A DNA stretch of 64,000 nt from Bilabrum cf. latius (Eukaryota), in NCBI GenBank assembly GCA_965178125.1, contig OZ237743.1, positions 186,001 through 250,000 of the forward strand, read 5' to 3'. Both the position numbers and the translations under genes were made by a program. A model generated the notes under the pieces. It saw only the letters and a list, made by a program, of their open reading frames with translations. It searched no databases and had not been told where the DNA came from. Shown one piece after another: positions 36,178 through 50,460 of the stretch (position 1 is its first letter; the number at the start of each line of letters is the position of its first letter).

Positions 36178-38598
36178 TCATCTTCTCCACGGCTCGTCAT
36201 CACTGTCCCCCTCCCCACCCTCCCCTGCCCCGCTCGATGCCGAGTCTCCGCCGTCCTCCCTATTCGACTGGCGCCCCAACCTAGGCCCGGTCCCCGTGCC
36301 AGTGGCATCCTCGAGGCTGGCAGCGAGCCCGTCTGCACCTATGGTCCTGTACCCCAGTCCCCCCTGCCGACTGGCCTCCGACAGCTCTTGGTGGGCAGAG
36401 ATCACTCCCAGGATCTCATCCACCCCGAGCCTGTTGTCGTTGTCTCCGTCCATCAGTCGGAACGTGAACTCGAGCTCGTCGTGCCCTATCTCACGACCCA
36501 CCGCCGCGCGATACACTGCTGCGAACTGCTCCTTCGTCAGCTTTACCTGCTGCTGAGCTCGCATTAGATCCACGAGGCCGCTGGATCTTCTGGACAGGCC
36601 CAATCGCGAGGCAAAACGTGCCAACGGACCGCCGTCCAATCGGTCGGCTAGCCGCTGCAGCAGCGTTTGCTGTTCTTCCTGCCTCTTTTGCGCTTCTCTT
36701 GACGCGGTCGCATCGCCATCACCACCCGCTCCTTCGCTCGCTTGGGCACTCGCAGCAGAGGCAGCAGCCTGTCTAGCCTGCCCGCGTGACAGCTGCTGCA
36801 AGAACTCCATCACGCGAGCCGCATGCCTCCCGCCTGGACTAGTTGCCTGCGTGTACGCGGCCAGCGACCGGTACATGACCATGACCAGCAGCCCAGTGGC
36901 GCCTGCCACGCCCCAGAACACCATCGGTTGATCTTCCAGCCCACTCACCAGGTTCATCCCAAAGATTGACCCTGCGAAGGAACCGAGAGCGAACCCAGTC
37001 CCGAGGAAATTCACCCTGAGGTCCACCTCGATCAGGTGGTTTCGGTACTGATCCAGCTGCATGTTCACGAGCTCCTGCTTGCTCTCAATGGACCGCCTCA
37101 TCTTGGTCGCGTCCTGCTGCACGAGCTGCATAAGCTGGAAATACGCCTCTAGGAGGAGCTCTGCCTGGTCCACGTCCTGACGGGGCACCCTCCATGCCGG
37201 GCTGTCCTCCTGACGGGGCACCCTCCATGCCGGGCTGTCCTCCTGACGGGGCACCCTCCATGCCGGGCTGTCCTCCTGACGGGGCACCCTCCATGCCGGG
37301 CTGTCCTCCTGCTCGAGCGAGTGTGACGAGTGAGTGTGGGGCCTGGGGCGGGCTGTCACGGCCAGGGTTTCCTTCGGCTCTCGCGTAGGACTCGCCGGTG
37401 GGCTCGCTTCGACTGGATCAGGATGTTGCGAGCTGCTGGCACCTGCGCCTACACCTGCCCTGCGTTCAGAAGGCTGTGCCTACTGCTCAGTTGATGGCCC
37501 GGGAACAGCACGATCTGCCGGCTTCAACTGCGCCCCAGCTGTACTATCTACCCGAGCTTTCCGACTACCTTTTTCTATCCTTGTCTCTCTGTTGCTATCC
37601 CCGCGCCAGCTGCGTGTGCTACCCACCGTCACCGTGGCAGCACGAGCCTCACCACTTGCCCCTGCCCCTGCCTCTGCCCCTGCGCCTTGCCCAGCCTCCA
37701 GCCGTGCCTCGCGCTTGGAGGTCAGGCACAGCTCCCGGAGATCCCTCTCATTCTCCAGCACGTCCTGTAGACATCCCAGATAATTCGCAGAGGCGTCCTG
37801 AAAGTATCCCACCGTGGATTTAATTGGCTGCACCACATACAACATGTCCTCTGTCTCTGACAGGCGGCTCAGGGTGCTTTCTACTAAAGGCCCTGAAAAG
37901 TTTACTCTTTCTCTAAGTTTGTCATACTGCATCGCGAGTGCCACTTCCAAACCGAGCAGCTCAAACGGTGTGGGTTTCTGGTCGGCGTCGCCTTCAAGAT
38001 CGTCCGTCACTCGAACGTACTACGTGGCGGCGTGCGGCTATTTGGGGGCCTTGACAGAACCATCGTTTGTAACAGTTGAACCGCTAAATTGGCTATTTTG
38101 CTACTAGCCGTCCATGGACACACCCTCATTGCCCTGTTGATTGCTGTGTCGAAGAGCTCGCAGCACACTTGCCATGCGGTGAACCAGCGTCGCCGCGTTC
38201 CGTCCCGAGTGAGTATGCAAGGCAACTAGACGATCATGAGTCAGGACGCATCGAACAGTTGACAGGATAACCAAAACACACCGCGCTCTTGGCAATATTC
38301 TATACTGCATGGCACCTCGTGGAGCTGACAGCATCAATAAATCGCTTGCTTTCACACCAATACCCCTCAAATCACGCCATAGTACCTTGCCTGTAGATAT
38401 TTCACCCTCTGCTGTAATGGTTGTAGCTGATGATTCCAAGGAACGGAGGGCACCGCCCGCAACTGTGGCCATGCTCCTCAACTGCAATCGCGAACTTCTT
38501 GAAGAGGGCTGCCGATGCCGCATCAAGGGGAGCCTAGAACAGGCACGTCTCCCTGCCAGGACTAGCTTTGATGCACCAATGCGATAAAAACGACGCAT
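36178..38598 (-). CDS. MRS2: MRS2/CorA-family magnesium transporter with EF-hand-like C-terminal motif (~806 aa)
   Basis: PFELLGLEVAL, AELLLEAYF, LDQYRNHLI and GSIFGMNL (GMN motif) plus two TM helices; DGDNDNRLGVDE; Arg-rich targeting-like N-terminus; five in-frame TAGs; TGA stop. Confidence 0.9.
37175..37311. repeat. 4 x 33-bp perfect tandem repeat within MRS2 (QEDSPAWRVPR)
   Basis: Unit tcctgacggggcaccctccatgccgggctgtcc. Confidence 0.9.
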
Positions 38599-38774
38599 AT
38601 GGAGCTTCGTGCAGTGCTGAAAAATGCAACCGGAACCTCACTCCGAGTCTGGCCGCCCGGCCGCCAGCGTGATGACGATGGCACGGCCGCAGCCGCGACC
38701 TTGTGGCACTTGACTGGTACTGCTGGACCAACTCGAACGTAACGTAGACAATAAACTAACAATAACGGCCAAAG

Positions 38775-41700
38775 TCAACCATCGGCCAGGTTCAGCTCCA
38801 CGACTGCCCCCTCGTCCCTCTCCGCCCCTCGAATGTCTGCCTCCAGCAGCATCAGCCGGTGGGGGTCCACAACCCTTGGTCGGAGCATCTCTGCTGCCTA
38901 CCGCTTGTTCTGAGCAAACGCAATATGAGCCACCAGTGATCGGGCGTGGGCCACAAGAAACCAAAGAGCACCGTCAGCACGCGCTGCCTCCGCGGCTGCC
39001 TCGGCTGCTGCGGCTGCAGCAGCCGCCTTGGCGTGCTTGCCTCCCTTCCGCTTCTTGCCTCCAATCACCCCTCTGAGGGCCTTCTGCGTGATTCCAGCCC
39101 CCCTGGGAGTGGTGCCCCCACTTCGCCTTCCGCCTACCCCACGGGCTCGGATGGCATCTGCAGCGGATGGGCCAGCCGCTCCCGCACCGCCGACCCGCTG
39201 ATCATCCAGGGCTCGGGTGGCTGCGATTCCAGCGTGCCCAGTTCCCGAGCCATCTTGCACACCGGCAGCACCCGGCCCCTCGAGCACCGCCTTGATAAGG
39301 TTCAGCTTGTCGATGTCAGTGGCCTGGACCGACAGCTCAGCCACAACCTGGTCCACCAGCACCTGCGATGAGGCCTCCCTGGGCTGCTTCCACAGCACTT
39401 GCACCATGGCAATCCCTTCATCTGGCCAACGAAAGGCGGGCAGGGCAAGCATCTAAGGCGCAAACCCGACTCCATCCATGCTGCAAGCCAGCACCTGCTC
39501 ATCCGTATGGGGCGCATCGAGAAGCAGAAAGGACCGGAAGGCACTAGCCCTGTGCGCTGCCCCAGCAAAGAGCTCCTCGCTCTAGAACAAATCGCTGTCA
39601 CTCCCACGCCCGCCGGAAGGCACATTCGCTGTGGCTCCTCGCGCCCCATCCACAGGCACGTACACGGGACCGCTCCTCGCCCGCCCCTCCCTCTGCCGCA
39701 GCACCTCGGCCTCCTTGTCCTGCGGCTAGAGAACAACGGCCTCGCCTCCAGGAGCAAGATCGTACGCTCGAGCCAGGGGAAATCCATCGGCGTCGTGAAG
39801 GGGACGGGCGTCTTGCTCCTGGTCTGCGTCACCGCCCTTGGACCGACTCTCCACATCTAGTAAATCAAAGCCCTCGTCTGCCTGGCGGGGCGAAATGCCC
39901 CCCTTGCTACCGTTTCCGCTGAACACTGATACTGCCTCCCCCAACGCGGGCGGTGGCTTGGCCAGCTCGATCCTCCTCACCGCGTCCTCGGCCTCAGCCT
40001 GCACCTCACCGTGCTGTTCTTGCTCGGGCTGGTCGAGCGTGGCCTCAAACGTGTAGGTCAATCGGGCCAGTCGGGCCTGCGTCCCGCTGTCCGCGTACAT
40101 GCGTCGCTTCTCGCGCTCCACGGCAGAAATGCACTGGCTCGATGCGACCGCGCAAGCGCACATGGCAGGCAGCAGCGCCGTTTCTAGACCCGCCCGCCAC
40201 AGCCAGGCCAGCTCAGGCCGTAATCGCACCGGCGGGTCCGGCTTTAGTGCTTCCACGGCTGCCTGCGCCTCCTTCAAATCTCTTTGCCTCACGACGGGGC
40301 GAGGGGACCCCCTCTGCCCTCGCGCCACGACTCTACGGCTGGGACTCTTGAACGCGTTGGCTGCGCGTGCTGCGACTGTTTGCTGCTCTGTGGGGGGCTG
40401 CGGGGACAGCAAGCCCATGCTCGCGGGAGAGTCTCGGCCTTTCGCTGCGTTTTTTGGTTCGTCTGCAATCCGAAGCAGAGCGCCAGGTTTCGGCCCGGCG
40501 GCTCTTGGGGTTGCCTTGGCTATAGCTTTGGCGGGTGCTGGCGGGGCCGTGGGTGCCTTTGAGGTCTTTGGTGGCTACGCAGCCGGTGCCTCTGGCGACT
40601 TGCGACTCGAAGGCCGTGGAGGTGCTGGAGGGCGTGGCGACCCAGAGACTGACCTCGGCTGCGCGGATGGCCGTCTGGGCCTGCTGGGTGGCCTCGGTTT
40701 CGGACGAGTCTGCTTCGGAGATGCGAGTGCGTTGTTGCTGCCTGCCCCCGACGGAGGTTTCTCGGTGGGATCGTTGATGCCGCCGAGCAGCTTGGATAGC
40801 GTCTTGCCATCTCTCCCCTTGCTGAAATTGAAACTCTGCCGCTTCGCACGGGTGGTCGCTGTCCTCGCACCGCTTACAAAGGTGTGAATGCCAGCGCCAG
40901 CCATGCTGTGCCTCTTATTCAAAGCTTGGGAGGGCATGCTGGGGCGCCTGCTCCGGTGCCCGCTGCCACCCGGTGCCTTGGAGCGTGGCTTGTCATCGAC
41001 GTGCACTGCTGATCCATCACTGCCCTACAGCAGAGACCTGCGCCGCTCTGCTCCACTGCCAGCGATCGACGATCTCCTCCTCTTTCCGGTCTTCCGCTGC
41101 GGCATGCCGCGCGCTTTCATCTAGTCCGTGTCCCTCTCTCGACCATCGATGTGCGCGTCACCGTGCAATCCAGAGCTACCAGGCGCATCGTCAGTTGCGA
41201 GGGATGCCCCCTCCAGTGCCATAGAGTCTGCCTCAACTTGCGGCCCGCTGCCAGCTGCGAGCAGACCAGTCGCACCAGTGAACTCTGCTTCAAGCTGACT
41301 GTTCGAAGATGAATCCGGCCCCCTTGTACCGGTCTTCATGGACTGCAGCCTCGCGTCGAGCGCATCCTCGACTTCTGCCGCCTGATCAAGCCGCTGCATT
41401 ACCCTAGAGGCACGGCGCTGCCGGTGCGCGTGCTTCCTTGCGTGAGTCGACTGAGACCCTGGTTCTGCGCTGGATGGTGCTCCTGATCCGCCCCCGTGCT
41501 TTGATTTGTGCGACTCGTGCGCCTGCTTCGCGATGGAAGGCCTGCGCTGGCGTGTAGATGCTTTGGAATCCGGCTGCTCGGCGTGACTTTCTTTGCCGTC
41601 GCGCTACCGTGCGCGGCTGCTGGCACGGGTCGTGTGAGGCTGCTTTCCGCTGAACTGCTACGAGCTTGTTGGTTTTGATGCATCGTTGCCTGACCCAAAC

Positions 41701-44700
41701 GTGTACGTCTTAGCCCCCACGGCAGCGCTGGCGCCGGTGCTGAGGGGCAGTACCATCTGCGGCACGACCGACTGTTGCCTAGGCCTGGCAGACAGCACTG
41801 CCCGGCTGGACAGACCGAGCACATTCATCAACTTCTAGACGCGGTCGACTCGCTGCTACCTTCTCTTTTGTTCTCCAGAGTTGGTTGCGGCCCCGCTGCC
41901 TGCCTTGCGTTTCTTGTTCCCCTTGCCCTTCCTCCGGTTCCCGCTGCTAGATGGTGCGATCGAGGCATGTCTTGAGGCAGAACCAGGGCCATTGTTGTCG
42001 CTGCCACTCTGCACGCCGTTATCACAATTGGGCCCATCATCCGACCACACCCCACTCTGTCCCGCCGCAGACAGTAGCGCCCTTGCCCGAAGAACCTCGG
42101 CAAAGCACCGCTCCACGGGATTGCTCAGGTCAAGCACGTAGCTTGTCTGCCGCAGGTGCTTGAGGTCATGCACCGGTCGCAACACCGAGTGCAGCAGAGT
42201 CAGCCGGCCCTCTCTGGGCAGCACCGCGTCGAGATCTACGGTAGGGTCAGGGAGGGGGGGCATGCTTGGCTCCTGGATCCCCTCTTGCCCTACGATTGAT
42301 CCGGCCCCTGGATCCCTGGCACTACGTACAGAGCCTCTCGAGCTTGCTTGAGCCCGACTAGACCGTTTGTTGTTGGTCGCAGACATGCCAACTGACCTCC
42401 TGGTACCCTTTTGTCTCGCCGACAGCGCCTCGCGCTGAGCCATCGTTGACCCTGCCGCCAGGAGCGCAGACTCATGAGCCTCGATCTGCTCCATCCGGTC
42501 GTGGAAGCGGACCAGCGCCTCTTGGTGGTGCTTCTCGGCCGCTTTCTCCATGGCAAGCCTCACCCTAGCGTTCAGGTCAAGCGGCTGCGGCACGGCGTCC
42601 CACTTGCGCTCGGTGTGACGAGCGCACCAGAGGAAATCGCCGGGCCGCAGCGCCGCCTGCCTCACGAAGAGCAGAGCAAGTGCCCGGCTCGACTCGTGGG
42701 CGAGGTTGACCACCAGCGCTTGCGTCGTGATGTGCATGGTTTTACGCACCAGCACGTCCATCCTCAGCATTCCGTGCCTCGGCACATTCCATTGCGTGTG
42801 CGCGCCGGCAGCTCCCGAGCCCACCGGGCCATCTCGCCCAGAATGCGCTGCTTTTCCGCGTCGTCTCTTCCTGTCACTGACAGCCCCGCCAGCCTGCTGC
42901 CCCCCAGCGGCCTCAAGCCGGGCTGCTGCTCGGACCCTCTGCATTCCCAATGCACGGCGCAAGCCCGCTCTGGCTCTGTTTGCTGCCGATCCTCCCCCTG
43001 CTCCTCCGGATCCATCAGAACCGTGAGTCAGAAACACGGCCAGCTCAGCGTCGGTGGCCTTGCCAGACCCGGCGGCAGTTGCCTCATGAACGCTGTCAAG
43101 TTCATCGTCGTCAGATCCCGAGCTGGCGAGGTCCAGTCCTACCGTCGGCTTGGCGAACGGGTTCAGTGCGTCGGCCATACTCTAGTCGCCTGGCTATGCA
43201 GACTGGCCTAGCCGTGCTGCTCGCGCTAACGCGCTCTACTGCTTGGATCGCTTGGGAGAATGCGAAGCAGCCGCCTGTACTCGCCCGATCGCCTGCCTCG
43301 CCTTGGCAGCCCCGTCCTGACCCATTCTCCAATCGCTCAGAGACAGTGCCTTGCCGTTATACACGGGTGCGCGCACCTCGTCTCCTTTCGACTCGCCACC
43401 AGCACCCAGCCGAGCGGCCGCAGTCCGTCGCAGAAGAACGTTGGCATGTCTCCAATCCGCGGGATCGCTCAGATCCAGGTGGTACTACCGCTAGTACTGC
43501 AGCCCCGCAAGTGTGTGCAAGTCGAGCTTCAGCACGCCCTCACTTATCCCCAGGTCGTGCACGAAGTCGAGGTTGTGCACGACCTCCTCGAATCCAAGCG
43601 GCTCCCCGTCTAGAGAGTCCTCTGCGATCCAGTCCCCGCAGGAGACAGACCGCCACGCCATGGCCGCGGCGAGATACCTCGAGACTGGCTGTGACATGTC
43701 CAGCGCAAAGTGAACGATGGGCCTATCACGGCTGCGAGACTCCTTCAAGGCCCGCGCAGCAGCTTCCTTCACGGCTTGCTCCTCTGCCTCCCTTCGTTCC
43801 GCTTCTGCCTTTGCCGCTTCCATTTCCTTCTCAGTGGGCGGCTTCGGTTTGTTTTCTTGTACCGTCTCCCGAAGCGCACGGATGATAACGTCCGCCTTCC
43901 TCTTCTCCTCCGCTTCCTTGCGCTTCTAGGCGAGCTCTGCGTCGATCCTCACTTTGGCCTCCTGCTCGCTCTGAATCCTACGCTTCACGCCCCGCATCAT
44001 CGCTCTAGACGCGAGAATGGCCCGCCGTAGGAGAGCCCACGGCTTGCGACGGTCCCGCTCGGCCAGCGCGTCCTCTTTCTGCTTCTTCTCCGCCTCTTTC
44101 CTAGCGGCCTCTGCTTCTTGTGCCAGCCTCCTCTCTTCTTTGTCAAGCAGCGCCTGCTTGCTCACAAAGCGAAACTAGAGCCTACCTCGGTCCGGGAGCC
44201 GCCACCGCCCCGAGCACACGAGGGAGAGCTGCAGCGATTTGCCATCGAGCCGTATCTTTCTCCACAGCCCGCCCGCCTTGACGGCTCTGCAGAGAAGCAG
44301 GGCAGCAACAGCGTGATCTCTGAACACCTCCAACTGCAGGTCGTATGGCCCATCAGGCACATCTGCATCGAAGGCATGCGACATTCCCGGGCCAAAGAAG
44401 AGCGTCCCCAGCTGCACGCCGCCTGCACCGTCCCCTTCGTCCTCGCTGCCGTCGTCACCGCGACGCTCACTGCCTGCACTCTTGCCCCTGCCCCTGCCCC
44501 TGCTCCCACTCCTGCTGCTGGCCCTGCCGCCGCTCCCGGTCCGACTTCCCTTCGATCGGCTGGAGAACGGCCGATTGCCGCGACCCTCTCTCTGTCCTCG
44601 CCCTTCTCCCGCCCGCCCGAGCCGTTGAGGTCTCTGCATCGATCGCGAGTCGCCCAGAGCACGCGGATCTCCGGACAGCTGCCTCGGTGACGGCGGCCGG

Positions 44701-47700
44701 ATAGGAGACACAACCGAAGCTCCCGCTCTTCGCCTGGATGGCGAAGCACTCCTGCCCCTATCTTTCGACGATGGTAGGTTTGACCGGGCTGCAGCGGCTG
44801 CTGCCGCCAGGTCATGTCCCCCTGCTACCACACCACGTGTGCTCGAGGCGCCTAGTCTCTCGACTCGCATCATGTCCTGCAGCTCCTTTTTGGTGACTCT
44901 CTTCCCGTTGTGGAACACAGTCTGAGCATTGCTAGCGCCGTGTGTTTTCTTTCTCTTCCTAGCCGCCTGTCGCTGGGCTTGTCTCGCTGCCTCCTGCAGG
45001 ACGAGGGGCACCGCGTTGGGCTCCTCAGTGGCGACCCTGTGCCGAGCGCCGGGGGCCTCGCGCCGCGGCTCTAGTCGTGTTCTCGCGCGGCTGTAGGACT
45101 TGCCGCTTGATTTTCTTGGTGACGATGAGGCTGCAGCAGGAGATGGGGATCGCCTGGGAGGAGGGGAAGCGGTTCGTACTGCTTGCCTGTCGGGCGATGG
45201 GGTACCTCGCTGCGGACTTCTTCGTGCGCCTGTAGAGAGCTTCTTGCCGTCTGTCTCGCTGCCTGCGCCTGCCTGAGCACCACTGACGCTATCCGTTGGT
45301 GTTGGTTTTCCTTTCTTTGGTTTCCTCTTCGATTCCACGAGAAAGACCAGCTGATCCCCGCTGGCATCGTTCGATCCACTCCGGCCCATCGAGCCCGCGC
45401 CCCTGCCCGCCGGCACGATGGGCAGCGTGTTTCCCAACCCCATTCTCTGCCTGTGAGCAGTCGTGTCGCTGGTTTGCGCCAGCGACGGAATCGCCTCGAA
45501 GCTCCGGCGCCTGCCGGTGAACACGCCGTCTGACTGTGGGCGCAAGGCGGGGACAGCCAAGCCGGTGCTGTCGCCTCTCGGTGCCAAGCCTGCGTTAGGG
45601 TACGGTCGAGGCGGTGGCGTGGCTTCTTTCTGCCACGGGGTGCGCTTTTGTGTTTTCCCGCGCCCTTTGTCTGGCTTCGTGCTTCGGGGGCCGCGCCCTG
45701 GTGCGCCCTCCCCCGGGCCTGACTGCTGCATCGCGTGCCTGGCAGCGTCGGCCTGATCGGCGTCGCGTTTCCGGGAAATGTCCTGGCCCACCAGCTGCAA
45801 GACGCCAGACTGCACCGCCGCCAGCGTGGCGCTGCTGATGAACCCAACTGAACGTTCGGCGTGATCCGTCCCCTTGACCTCCCGCAAGGAGTACTCGCGC
45901 ACGGTCTTGGTTGTCTTGATCGCATTTAGGATTGAAGTGGCTGCGGGCCCGGTGAGTTTGTTGTAGTCCAGGTTAAGCCTCCTGAGGGTCGTGTTGAACC
46001 GCAGAGAATCCGCGATCACAAGTCCGGCCGCGTCGTTGATGGCGCATCGAGAGGCGACGAGGGTCCTCAGCGTGAAGTTGAAGCACAGCGCCTCGCCGAG
46101 CGCCAGCCCTCCTTCCTCACCCAAAGGGGTCCACGACACGTCCAAAAACCGCAGGCTGCCGCTGTCCTGCAGCCCTCTGCAGAGCACTCGCGCCCCCAGC
46201 CACTCACAGCTGTTCCACGAGACGTCCAAAGCCGTGAGTGAGGTGCTCATGGGGAGCGCGAGTCCGATGGAGCTGAACACGCGGTTGCCCAGCCCATTGC
46301 GACGAAGCGACATGGAGTTTAGACCCTGTCCCGGGGCGCGCACGGAAGACCTACGACGATCGCGGCGCGCCCTTGCAGCCTTCTAAATTGTCTCCTGCAG
46401 CCGCACCCTCTTGGTTGCGTCTCGCCTCGAGCTGTTCGTCACACCCGGGGACACTCCGTCCGCCTAGGATCGAGTAGGCGTGCCTCCATCGGACAAACCT
46501 TGGGGCCCGGCCGATGCCTCGAGCTGCTCTCTGGCTCTGTCCCTGGGAGTGCGGTAGGACGACATGTCGGGGCCGGTGAGTGTGGGCCGGGCAGCGTGCA
46601 GGTGTGCCATGCCCCGGCGGGCCCTCGAAGCAGAGCCTGCTGCTCTGGGTCCCCACTCCGAGGCCATCTCTCGCACCTGTCGGCTACTGCGAGAAAACAT
46701 TTGCTTGGACATCATCGTCGGCCGCAGCAACGGAGAGGCAGCCTGGCCATGCGGCGCAAACGCTGCCTCCGTGGATGCCCTTCGCCCTACCATGGCTGCT
46801 GCCGCCGTGCGAGAGTTTGCACTGCCTTGCTACTGCTTCTGCTACTTTGCGCGCTGCAGTAGCTCGGGCGGAGGCTTCAGTGAGCGTGGTGCCGTGCTGG
46901 ACTCCAGTCCACCCCCTGTTGCTCCAAATGGACGGTGTGCCACGGCATGCTATGGGCTGCCAGAGACGGGGCTTGCGGGGTTGCGTTCAGCGCCATCGCT
47001 TGGGTAGGCTGGGTGTGGCATGGGGACCAAGCCCTACTGCACCATGGATGGCCGCCTCTAGTTCCGGTCTGATGCATCCGCCGCAATGTCTTTCGGCAGG
47101 CCGATCACTGCTCTGGCGACGGCCTCCCCAAGCCTGGATGTGTCCTGCAGCCTGCAGTCGGACAGGTCGATCTGCCGCACGGAGGGGTTGTGCAGGCAGG
47201 CTGCAAGCAGACCGATGGCCGCGCTGTTGCCAAGCGGATTCTACCGCATGACTAGGTTCACGAGCGTGGTGTTGTGCTGCAGAGAGGCCGCCACAAGAGC
47301 ACCCCCCTTCGGACCGAGCGAGTTGTCTGTAAGGTCCATGGTTTTCAGCGGGGCGCCGTTCGCCAGCGCAGCGGCGAGGGCTCTAGCCCCGTGATCCCCG
47401 AGCCCGAGATGAGGCACGTGCAGGTGCTGATTCTGCAACCCTTCCATCACGCCCCGCAGGCCGTACGTGAAATCGGCCATGGCCTGCGAGAGGAACGCCT
47501 CTGCTCCGCTCGGATCCCTCGCGTGGGCTGCACCAGCCTCGTGTGCCATCGCCACTGACACTCTTCTGCGGTGCGGAGACATGGCATTACCGAGGCCGTG
47601 CATCGTCGTGCTGCCATCCTCCTCGTCAAGCAAGAAGCTGTCGGCATCGGCAGAGGTTCTGCCTCCTGTGGAGTGGGCTGCACCAGAGTCGCTGCCGGTG

Positions 47701-50312
47701 GCCACTGCTTGCCCCGCTGACGATTCCGACAGAGACGCCTGAGCTGGAATACTTCCAGATGCATTGCTACTTGCAGCAGGAAGCACATATCCAGTGGCCG
47801 CTTCAGCTCGTTTCCGAGCAAGAAACGCCGCTCGTTTCTTGTCCTAGTGTCTGCTTGCGGTGCTCGTGAACTTGCCAATTCTGCTAGGGGCGTGTGGCTG
47901 CGCCTTGCTTTCGATCCCCGTTGGTGATATGCTCAAATCAGCTTCCCGCAGCAGCCCCTGGGCAGCGTCTGCGCCTCCCCTCTCCATTTCCAGCAGACTG
48001 AAGCCCTTCTGCTGCGGCGCCATGAACTTCAGGGAACCCCTGCGAATCACGTCCCTGCCGCTGGGTGTGCCTGCTGGTGGTGCAGCCTTCAAGTTGAGTG
48101 GCTTAGCGCTACCTCTTTTCATCCGCTTGCCGATAATAGACGATGCGCCGCTGCCGCGCCTTCCCACCTTTGAAGGTCGTCGCCCGGGAGCTGCTTCGCG
48201 ATCATCTCCGGCTCTCGAACTCGCGCTGCTCTTTGCGGCTGTCGATGCTGCGGAGCTTGCGGCCACTAGCCCGCTGTCAATCGTCCCGCTTGACCGCCGC
48301 CTTGCCTTCCCACCTGCTGCAGGGCCCATGCCTCTCTCGCCGATCGTGCCGCCAGACAGACGCCTGGCTCGCGCAGTCCTGTCTTCCGATGGCAGTCGAT
48401 GCCCCGAGCCCTTGTCCACGTAGACCAGCTCGCCGAGCAGAGCACTGCCCTCCGAGACGTGATGCATGCCGGACGCCCTGCCTCCCCTGCTGCTGCTGTG
48501 ATCTCCATGACCCGGGTGCATGGCCTTGAACCCACCTCGAGACCTCCCCCGTGGGGTGCGAACTGGCGAGCCTGCCTTCTTCCGCTCCCTGGATCCCTTT
48601 GATGAAGCCACCGTGCTGCGGCCCAGCAGCGAATCGATGCTTGCTCGTCGGGTTTCCCACGATGGCACCACCTCCATCCGCTTTGATTTTAGGCCGCGGT
48701 TGAACGTGGCGTTCGCATCATGCCGCTGCGCCCTGCTGCGCGGAGTGAGCGGGGTGGAGCTAGGCGACACTCTTGATTGCATTGTCGCTGCACCGACTAG
48801 GTCGTGGATGCCATCGCCAGCTGACCCAACTGCACTATCGGTCGTGCGATCCTGCTCGTTCCGATCCAAGTCCTTCTCCTCCCACTGCGCAGGCGGGAGG
48901 CCCAGAGCAATGGCGCGCTTGGACCGCTTGGGAGGTGGGCGCTTCATGCTCGCGACCAGCTCCGCCTCGTCTGCCTGCATCCTGGCGTGTTCCACGGCCT
49001 CTGAGGCCTCTGCCGTCAGGAAGGCCAGCTGCGTCCACTGGTCTTGTGGGCCACCCCTGCTCCCGGTGGATCCATTGGAGAGTCTGCTGTGTCCGCCAGT
49101 GCCGCGGGAAGTCCCCCCACTCTTCCTCGTACCAGCGCTGCTGCCGGATCGATCACGCCCAAGACTTGCTCTAGCCATACTACTGCCCCGGGTGGTTGTC
49201 TTCGTTACACCAGGCACGCTTCGGCTGGCCTCTGCACCTACCACCATACCGTCCACGATCGCCTCTGCCTCCGCCAGAAGAGACGCCAGCTCTGCATCCT
49301 AAGCTGCACCGCTTGCTGTACCAGCTGGCAATGGATCGGAGACACTGACCTAACCCTACGGCGGAGCCTGCAAGCGAGGCTCTTCAGTTTGTTGACCCTC
49401 AGATGGGCCCGGCTGAGCTGCCTCGGCCTTTCTGCCTGGATCGCTGTCGCTGTCGCTGCTGTCGCCCAGCAGGTCACCCCAGAACCACGCGATCTGAGAC
49501 GGAGCAGGCGCCGGCGGACGAAGGGTGCCACCGCCTCTCCCTGTAGTGGGCGAGATGGAGCTCTGGGTCGCACGGAGGACACCTGCCCCTGCCCCTGCCC
49601 CTGCTCCTGCTCCTGCCCCTGCTCCTGCCCCTGCCCCTGCCCCTGCTCCTGCCCCTGCTCCTGCCCCTGCTCCTGCCCCTGCCCCGGGCTTGCCACCGGC
49701 CGCTGCACCACCCGCTTCGCGATTGCTGCGAGGGGTTCCGAGCGTGACCCCGCTGGCATCTGCGCGGAGCCCTCTTTTTTCGGGGGCTGTGGCTCCTCCC
49801 CGACTAGATCTTCGCTCGCTGCGGGCGCTCAGGGGGGCTGCCGGGACCGGCAGTGACTCCATGGACTCGCCGTGGGGCAGACGCAGCGGAAGCAAAGGTC
49901 GCCGGCTCGGCACTCTGCTGGTGTGGGCACCACTATGTACTATCTGCGGCCCATCTCTGGTTGCTTGGCCGAACCGTGATGCTGCTGGCGGTGGGCGCAG
50001 CGTTTGCCGAACGCCTGACAAATCGAGCCTTGCCCCTTGAACCCTTCCCGTCGACCTCCGAGCGCTGTTCGGCTCGAACTAAGCACGGCTGAAGCTAACA
50101 TTAGACTAGTGGTGTGATTTGGATTCTGTTGGGCTCCCTTCCACGCGGGCTCGGGCGGCCCAGGCGAGCGGAGACTTGCCTGTCGGTGACCGCAATGTGG
50201 GGCGGCCTTCGCTACGTCGCATGGCATCCCATACGGCATCCGCCCTTGCACCAACCTTGATTGTATCCATCCGAGCGGTTTCTCTCCCACGATCGATTCC
50301 ATACTTCGCCAT
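38775..50312 (-). CDS. Giant, apparently intronless LRR (RI/NLRC3-like) protein (~3,845 aa)
   Basis: Thirteen track ORFs share one frame and every gap contains only TAG (about 30). ATG 50312 (MAKYG) to TGA 38775-38777. LRRs such as LKTMDLTDNSLG, LTALDVSWNS, LRFLDVSWTPLG and LRRLNLDYNKLT; repeated Y-x-LDLS-x-P motifs; long disordered regions. Confidence 0.85.
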
Positions 50313-50460
50313 TCTTGGCCGCAATAATGTGGCCGCCGAACGGCAACACAAGGTCGCACCGTGACGAGCGGTCGCAACTTCGAACTACTGCAAAACTGCA
50401 ACTGCAAAGATCAGCCTCTTTGTCTGCGTTGCTCAATTGTGGGCGTATTATTTCAATACC

